Below are positions 57,537 through 63,060 of a DNA stretch of 63,060 nucleotides, one piece after another. The position numbers and the translations under genes are program-made. The first letter of the stretch is position 1, and every line of letters begins with the position of its first letter. The notes under the pieces are model-generated. The model worked only from the letters and a program-made list of their open reading frames with translations, was not told the origin of the DNA and did no database searches. This stretch comes from an uncultured archaeon. GTDB lineage: Archaea > Aenigmatarchaeota > Aenigmatarchaeia > PWEA01 > JAGHBM01. The stretch lies in contig CAZOZN010000001.1 in assembly GCA_964584335.1 (NCBI GenBank), forward strand, positions 52,722-115,781, given 5' to 3'.

Positions 57537-58313
57537 TCACTTAAAGTACTTTTTTCTTATTTCATCTCCTTTCTTTACTGATATATCTACAGATTTATAT
57601 ATTTCTTCGGTTGAAAACCCGCATGTTCCGCCTTTTTGCATTGCGCATAAAAGCCCGTCTATTGTTGTTACTGTAATTCTGCCTTCTGCTGATTCTTCCT
57701 CTTTAAGCTCAGGGTCGACAACCAGTTCTCCGTTTATCTTGTATATTGTGCATGCTATTGGTATTTTGCCTACTTCTAGCTTTTCTTTTCTGTTTTCTGT
57801 ATCTACTGTACCATCTTCCTTTAGTTCCGGAATTTTTGTTTTTGATAATGCTGCTATTGCTCCTATGCTTGAAGCGTCTATCAGGTTTCCATCGTCGTTT
57901 ATTATGTGAATGTCAACAGATACCATCCACACTTTTTCACCTTCTTCTATGCAAAGTTTTTTGGTGTTTATTGCTTTTGATTCTCTAATTCCTCTGTCTA
58001 CTACTCTTGCGAGTTCTACTGATTGTTCATCAGGAGGACCAGACTCAAAATCTGGTGAAGCCAGGGGACCCAGTTCGGCATTTACCATCAAAACGCCTTC
58101 ATCTTGCTTGTCCGGGAATGGTTCTCCTATACTCATTTTAACTCCTGCCAGTATCTTTGTTTTTCCTAAGGTCACCATAGCAGAGCCTTCGGCATTTTTT
58201 ATGTAATCTGTTTCTATTTCAATTTTCCTCATTTCGTCAAACTTTCTGCCGTTTATCCTTTTACCATTCTTTATCAGTTTTTTTATATAATCCTTGTCTA
58301 GTTCTGTAATCAT
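57537..58313 (-). CDS. rrp42: Exosome subunit Rrp42
   Basis: AEGSA, GEPFPD, ELARVVDRGIRES, DGNL. Confidence 0.96.
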   Translation of the reverse strand: MITELDKDYIKKLIKNGKRINGRKFDEMRKIEIETDYIKNAEGSAMVTLGKTKILAGVKMSIGEPFPDKQDEGVLMVNAELGPLASPDFESGPPDEQSVELARVVDRGIRESKAINTKKLCIEEGEKVWMVSVDIHIINDDGNLIDASSIGAIAALSKTKIPELKEDGTVDTENRKEKLEVGKIPIACTIYKINGELVVDPELKEEESAEGRITVTTIDGLLCAMQKGGTCGFSTEEIYKSVDISVKKGDEIRKKYFK

Positions 58314-59041
58314 TTCTTTTTCACCTCCTTTTGAGGGGTTTCATATCTTTTTTTGATTGCTTCTTTTTGTTTTTCGTATATCTTTATGCAGCCTTCTTTT
58401 GCCATTTCTATTCCTTTCTTAAAATCTTCTATCTTTATCATACCGTCCATCTGAAGAAGATATATCTGGTCTTCTTTTGGAACGTATGCTATTGGAAGGT
58501 CTACTTCTCCTTCACAGTCTTCTATACCGGCTACATCGACTAACATTTTATCTTCTACTTTTCCCGCTGCGCAGGAGGACATAATATCTTTCATCGGTAT
58601 TCCTGCGTCTGCAAGCGCTATTGCAGCTGCGTTTAATCCAACACATCTTGTGCTGGCGTTGGCCTGTAATATTTCTATGTATATTTCTATTCCTGTTTTT
58701 GGATATTCTTTTAGGAAAATTATAGAACTCAATGCCTCTTTTATAACCTTGCTTATTTCTTTGCTTCTCCTGCTCGGTCCGGGTCTTATTCTTTCTTCTG
58801 TCGAGAATGGAGCCATATTGTATCTGCATTTTACATAAGCTTTCAACGGGTCTGTAAGATGCTTTGGATGCAGTTCTCTTGGTCCATATACCGCTGCAAT
58901 TGCTATCGTGTTTCCAAGCCTGAAATATCCAGAACCGTCCGCTCTTTCTATTATACCCGATTTTGCTTCCATTTCTCTCATTTCGTCAAGCTTTCTGCCG
59001 TCAGGTCTTTTACCGTTTTTTATTAGTTTCGTTTCACTCAT
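58310..59041 (-). CDS. rrp41: Exosome subunit Rrp41
   Basis: RPDGR, ADGS, VYGPRE, YNMAPFS, SRRSKEIS. Confidence 0.97.
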   Translation of the reverse strand: MSETKLIKNGKRPDGRKLDEMREMEAKSGIIERADGSGYFRLGNTIAIAAVYGPRELHPKHLTDPLKAYVKCRYNMAPFSTEERIRPGPSRRSKEISKVIKEALSSIIFLKEYPKTGIEIYIEILQANASTRCVGLNAAAIALADAGIPMKDIMSSCAAGKVEDKMLVDVAGIEDCEGEVDLPIAYVPKEDQIYLLQMDGMIKIEDFKKGIEMAKEGCIKIYEKQKEAIKKRYETPQKEVKKK

Positions 59042-59777
59042 TTTTTACCACCTCTTTTTTCTCAGACCCCTTTGTTCTTTCATCCAGCATGTTGCCTATC
59101 TTATCTGTGAGACCTTCTGTGTGTCCTTCTTTCTCAACTTTCATTACGGCTTCTTTTGCCAAGTCTTCGTTTTCACCGCTTATCCACACAAGTCCGTTCT
59201 GGCCTATTATTATATGACAGCCTGTTTTTTTCTTTATAAGTTCTATCATGCTGCCTGACCTTCCTATAAGCCTAGGTACTTTAGCCGGAGTTATTCTTAT
59301 GATGTTTCCGCCATGAAGCTTTCTGCACATCCTGTCTTTCATTGTTATTTGAACATCCTTTGATTTTGTTACCTTGTTTATTCTTGCGTAAACAACATCT
59401 CCTACGTTAAAGTAATCTGTTATGTCGTTTTTTTGCAAGTCTATAAAGTCTTCGGAAGCTTCTGAAATTGGCAAGAAACCTATGTATGGTGAGTTTATAT
59501 CAATCATCCATGATGAAATCTGAACGTCACTTATGATTCCTATTACACCGTCTCCCGATATAGGAATATATGCTCCCGAGAGAGGTACCGTACTTACCAT
59601 ATGTTCTTTTATTTTTACCAATCCCAATAATTTGCTTCTTATCTCTCCGTCTTCTTTATATGTACCTTTTCCAGGTAGAAAATCAATACCTTTAGCTAAA
59701 ACTTCCCCTGGAATTACTACTTTTTTATCTTCAGCCATCAACTGGCTTTCGTTTGTTTTATCCTCTTTTTCATTCAT
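59034..59777 (-). CDS. rrp4: Exosome RNA-binding subunit Rrp4
   Basis: VIPGE, S1 domain, KH VPRLIGRSGSM, GQNG. Confidence 0.96.
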   Translation of the reverse strand: MNEKEDKTNESQLMAEDKKVVIPGEVLAKGIDFLPGKGTYKEDGEIRSKLLGLVKIKEHMVSTVPLSGAYIPISGDGVIGIISDVQISSWMIDINSPYIGFLPISEASEDFIDLQKNDITDYFNVGDVVYARINKVTKSKDVQITMKDRMCRKLHGGNIIRITPAKVPRLIGRSGSMIELIKKKTGCHIIIGQNGLVWISGENEDLAKEAVMKVEKEGHTEGLTDKIGNMLDERTKGSEKKEVVKNE

Positions 59778-59789
59778 ATTAACACCTCA

Positions 59790-60494
59790 TTATGATTTTT
59801 TGATTTCTTTGGCTTCTGCTTCACCTTTTGTTAATGAGTTCAGCAAGTTGTAAAACTCGCCTTGAAGCCCCGCAGGTATTTCTATTACCGCTACCCAGTT
59901 TCCGTCATTTCTCCATTCCTGTTTTTTCAGTTTACCAAACTCTGAAACTTTTCCGTAAGCTTTACCTGCGTACTCCGGCGGTATTTTTACCATGATTTGA
60001 ACCGATTCTATGCTTATCGGTATTATAGGTTTTAATGCGTTTATTATTTCTTCTATCTGAGATTCTGCTGTCTTTGTTTCATCAATCTTTATCTTTGCTT
60101 CTTCCATTGCATTTAAAATCCTTTTTGGAGTATGTGGTATGTTTTTTTGAGGGTCTACAGCTTTTCTTGATATTATGTTTATTATTTTTTTCTTTTTTTC
60201 TTCCTTCATCTTTTTTCTTTGTTCTGTGGTTAGCTGTACGTCGCCCTTTTTTATTATCTTATAGGCAATAGTCTTAAAATCTAAAGTATTAAAAGCTTTA
60301 TTTAAGTCTTCAGAGGACGATTTTTCCCCCTTTGAAGAATCCTCAAAAACCTCGTCTATTACGACAAGGTCTTCTATAGGCACTTCTTTGCCTTTTTTTA
60401 ATTCCATTGCCAGGTAAGGATCTACCAATATCTCAAAATTCTTTCCGTAAGAACTTAACCTAGCTATTACTGCATTTTCCATAGAAACGGACAT
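59790..60494 (-). CDS. Ribosome maturation factor SBDS/Sdo1
   Basis: FEILVDP, GDVQLTTEQR, PHTPKRI. Confidence 0.96.
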   Translation of the reverse strand: MSVSMENAVIARLSSYGKNFEILVDPYLAMELKKGKEVPIEDLVVIDEVFEDSSKGEKSSSEDLNKAFNTLDFKTIAYKIIKKGDVQLTTEQRKKMKEEKKKKIINIISRKAVDPQKNIPHTPKRILNAMEEAKIKIDETKTAESQIEEIINALKPIIPISIESVQIMVKIPPEYAGKAYGKVSEFGKLKKQEWRNDGNWVAVIEIPAGLQGEFYNLLNSLTKGEAEAKEIKKS

Positions 60495-60519
60495 AACATC
60501 CCCACAATTTTATGACAGA

Positions 60520-61233
60520 TTAAAATCCTTTTAGCAAGTTAGCTTTTTCTTTGCCCTTAAACTTCTTAAGCCCTTCTCTGTCAATTATTGCTACTTCAAT
60601 ATGATCTTTTTTTATGTCTTTTTCAGAGTTCTTAAGGGCCTTTAACGCAAGAGAAATAGCTTTATCCTTGTCCATGTTTTCTTTCCATTCCTTTTCCAGT
60701 ATCTTTTTTGCCTTTTCTACACCCCTTCCTATGGCTTGTGCTTTCCATTCAAACATAGAACCTCCGGGGTCGGTTTCAAATATTGATGGCTCTTCATCCA
60801 TTCCCACTATAAGGAATGATACTCCCATGGGCCTTAGTCCGGCATATTGCGTATGTAACTGCTTAAGGTCTGATATATACCTTGCAAGTGTCGGCGTATC
60901 TATTTTTTCGTCGTATGTTATGTTGTGTACCTGCGCTTTTGTTCTTGACTTATCTATTATAATTCTTGTATCTCCAAGCAATCCTGAAGATACAGCGCCT
61001 ATATGATTGTCTATTTTCTGTATTTTTTCGTTAATAGAATTTTCTGCTGTCAGTTTTCCGATGTGTCTCGCAGCAACTAAAACAATACCTTCCTTGAAGA
61101 TAACAGCTACAGAAGTCGAACCTCTCTTAACTGCCTCTCTTGCATATTCTACTTGAAATAACCTTCCTTCGGGTGAAAAAGTGACTATAGCTCTATCATA
61201 ACCCATTTTACTCATATCAGGCATAACTTCCAT
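60520..61233 (-). CDS. psmA: Proteasome alpha subunit
   Basis: GYDRAIVTFSPEGRLFQVEYAREAV; GGAGGT RBS before ATG 61233. Confidence 0.97.
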   Translation of the reverse strand: MEVMPDMSKMGYDRAIVTFSPEGRLFQVEYAREAVKRGSTSVAVIFKEGIVLVAARHIGKLTAENSINEKIQKIDNHIGAVSSGLLGDTRIIIDKSRTKAQVHNITYDEKIDTPTLARYISDLKQLHTQYAGLRPMGVSFLIVGMDEEPSIFETDPGGSMFEWKAQAIGRGVEKAKKILEKEWKENMDKDKAISLALKALKNSEKDIKKDHIEVAIIDREGLKKFKGKEKANLLKGF

Positions 61234-61353
61234 AAAATAACCTCCTATATCGATAATCACTTTTTAAACTTGAATATTTAAAAAGCTTTCCTTATTTTAT
61301 TACTATAATTTCATTGAATTAAAAGTTTTAAATAAAGCAAAGCTAAATTTAAA

Positions 61354-61836
61354 ATGATGATAAAGAAATATAAAAACCTTTTTTTAATTCTTGTAGTTTT
61401 ACTGGTATTGTTCTATATTTTTAGCTATTTTACGCCTTCTGAAGATAATGTAAAATATGACGGGGACGAAAAAGAACCAGTTTTTAATTACATTAGTTTT
61501 GAACGTGAAATCGATGGAGATATAAGAGCCGGAGAAAGGTTTGGTGTTGTATTAAAGACTTCTGATGAGGAGGAGATAGAGGTAAAACTTTATGAGAAAC
61601 TTCCCTCCGGATTTAATTTTGTTATGGGAGCAAGCAGCATGGAAGCGCAAAAGGTTGAAGATAGCACATATCTTTTTGATATAAAAAGAAGCGAAAGGGT
61701 TTATGGAGTCGCTGTAACATATTTTGTTGATGTTGATGAAGATGTCGAGCCCGGGATTTATGAGATAAGCGGATGGTACGAGTCCGGCGGGCGTAGTTTA
61801 GAAACGGAACCTTCAACTTTTGAGGTTCTTGAATAA
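61354..61836 (+). CDS. Membrane-anchored or secreted beta-sandwich protein
   Basis: N-terminal TM; EKLPSGF and PGIYEISG Ig-like pattern. Confidence 0.7.
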   Translation: MMIKKYKNLFLILVVLLVLFYIFSYFTPSEDNVKYDGDEKEPVFNYISFEREIDGDIRAGERFGVVLKTSDEEEIEVKLYEKLPSGFNFVMGASSMEAQKVEDSTYLFDIKRSERVYGVAVTYFVDVDEDVEPGIYEISGWYESGGRSLETEPSTFEVLE

Positions 61837-61852
61837 TTATGAGGTGAATATA

Positions 61853-62395
61853 ATGAAAAAGAAAAAAACTAAAGTCAGGCTGGATGTAATCTTCTTGACT
61901 GTAATGGCTTTCGGGCTAGGAGTTGTTGCCACTTGGAGCCTGGTAGGAGCAGCATCGAGTCAGGGGCACCCTGTTGGCGAGATAGATTTCAGCAGTGGCT
62001 CAGCTAACGCAAATCTGGATATGGGTTCACATAGGATTGAAAACGCAGATAACGTATTTACGGAGTGCTCTTGGGCTAAATATCTTTACAGAAACTGGTT
62101 GTCGAATGAACAGGACGGACCAATAACTCTTGTAGATAGTGATTGTTCTGGTATTGCTTGTGCTAATGGACCTTGGATTCAGGTAAAATGTTCCAGTGGA
62201 AGATTGGTTTCTGGCGGTTGTGAATGTCCTGGAGGAACTTTCAGTCAGGATTACTTAAAAGAAAGTCGTCCGCAGCCATCTGATTACAACTGGCATGATA
62301 TTGAAGACCCACCAAGCAATGTTTTTAATTGCTGGTGTGAAAAATCAGGACCTACAGTTGGAAGGGTTAAGGCAACAATATTGTGCTGCAGATAA
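61853..62395 (+). CDS. Cys-rich surface protein with N-terminal TM
   Basis: Basic N-terminus plus TM, GHPVGEID motif, Cys-rich domain ending ILCCR; GAGGTGA RBS. Confidence 0.75.
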   Translation: MKKKKTKVRLDVIFLTVMAFGLGVVATWSLVGAASSQGHPVGEIDFSSGSANANLDMGSHRIENADNVFTECSWAKYLYRNWLSNEQDGPITLVDSDCSGIACANGPWIQVKCSSGRLVSGGCECPGGTFSQDYLKESRPQPSDYNWHDIEDPPSNVFNCWCEKSGPTVGRVKATILCCR

Positions 62396-62408
62396 TTTAG
62401 TGGTATTT

Positions 62409-63060
62409 ATGAAAAGGAATTACTTTTTTGTATTTTTTTCCTTTTTCTTAGTCCTTTTCATACCCTTTTCACTGGCTGACCAGGCTTTCTCATGCAGCCT
62501 TAAATCTATTTGTGGTTCTGGTGAGACTGCTATTTTTAGTCTTTTTGAGTACACAAATTCACATGTTGATGACAGTGGTGGAAATTATGATATTTGCTGC
62601 GATGATGTTGCTAATGTTAGATACGATACTTCGTGCAACTCTGGCGAGGAGGCTGTTATATCGATGTTTTCCTTTTCAAGGTCTGACGGTTCTCATGCCG
62701 GGGAAGCTGATGGTCTTCCTTACTACAGTAATTTGGTTTGCGTGGAACCAACAAGCAGCTTCAGTAGTCTTGATTGTTATACAAGGCTTGGATATACCTC
62801 CTGCACTAGTGGTTACGGAAAAGTTGCAGGCCTTTACAACAGCGGAGATTCTCATGTCGAAGGCCCCGGTTATTCGAATTATGCCAATTCTGTTTGCTGC
62901 AAGCTTATAGCTGCTTCGACTTCCACTACTTCAACCACATCAACAGTTTCCACAACTTCAACTACTACATCCACTGTATCCACAACATCCACTGTATCTA
63001 CAACCTCAACAGTTTCCACAACTTCAACATCCACTACAACGCTAACAACAATACCCACAA
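62409..63060 (+). CDS. Secreted Cys-rich protein with a Thr/Ser-rich linker; runs off the window (not in ORF track)
   Basis: MKRNYFFVFFSFFLVLFIPFSLA signal peptide; three repeats containing NSH, GSH and DSH with Cys; then STTSTVSTT repeats with no stop. Confidence 0.85.
   Translation, partial: MKRNYFFVFFSFFLVLFIPFSLADQAFSCSLKSICGSGETAIFSLFEYTNSHVDDSGGNYDICCDDVANVRYDTSCNSGEEAVISMFSFSRSDGSHAGEADGLPYYSNLVCVEPTSSFSSLDCYTRLGYTSCTSGYGKVAGLYNSGDSHVEGPGYSNYANSVCCKLIAASTSTTSTTSTVSTTSTTTSTVSTTSTVSTTSTVSTTSTSTTTLTTIPT
62914..63060 (+). repeat. Coding low-complexity repeat (TTSTVS)n
   Basis: Recurrent tccacaac, acatccactgtatc and caacagtttccacaacttcaac units. Confidence 0.85.

Noticed and set aside
55780-61233. 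Exosome/proteasome gene cluster as a novelty
   Set aside because: This is the well-known conserved archaeal superoperon.
62512-62910. 132-aa ORF in the track
   Set aside because: Alternative frame of the signal-peptide-bearing gene that starts at 62409.

Overview
Archaeal chromosome segment. The archaeal call rests on the exosome/proteasome superoperon, Mre11-Rad50, HerA, Orc1/Cdc6, an HMf-type histone and BHB-intron tRNAs. The AT-rich, compact style suggests a DPANN lineage such as Aenigmarchaeota, but that is inference only. Housekeeping DNA at about 1-6.9 kb and 45.4-63 kb flanks a ~38.4-kb integrative element (6977-45376). The element is bounded by a 12-bp direct repeat (TGGTGCTCCCAC) matching the 3' end of tRNA-Glu(CTC), with a tyrosine integrase next to the tRNA. 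That tRNA-Glu has three introns (16/17, 37/38, 59/60), and its D- and T-loop introns share sequence with the 16/17 intron of tRNA-Leu(GAG). The element carries Orc1/Cdc6, two HerA/VirB4/VirD4-like ATPases and a second tyrosine recombinase. Its defence-type cargo is a type I R-M system with an embedded HEPN gene, an Avs2-like STAND NTPase apparently lacking its effector, a frameshifted DUF262-HNH gene, a double PD-(D/E)XK protein and a PIN toxin; it also carries two radical-SAM clusters. Best candidates for an undescribed system: (i) a divergent switch-like module in which a non-canonical histone-fold gene is translationally coupled to a tyrosine recombinase and a wHTH regulator is coupled to a canonical histone; (ii) the adjacent three-gene operon built from repeated tandem-wHTH units ending in a PLD-type nuclease. 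All family calls come from motifs read by eye; no database searches were run.
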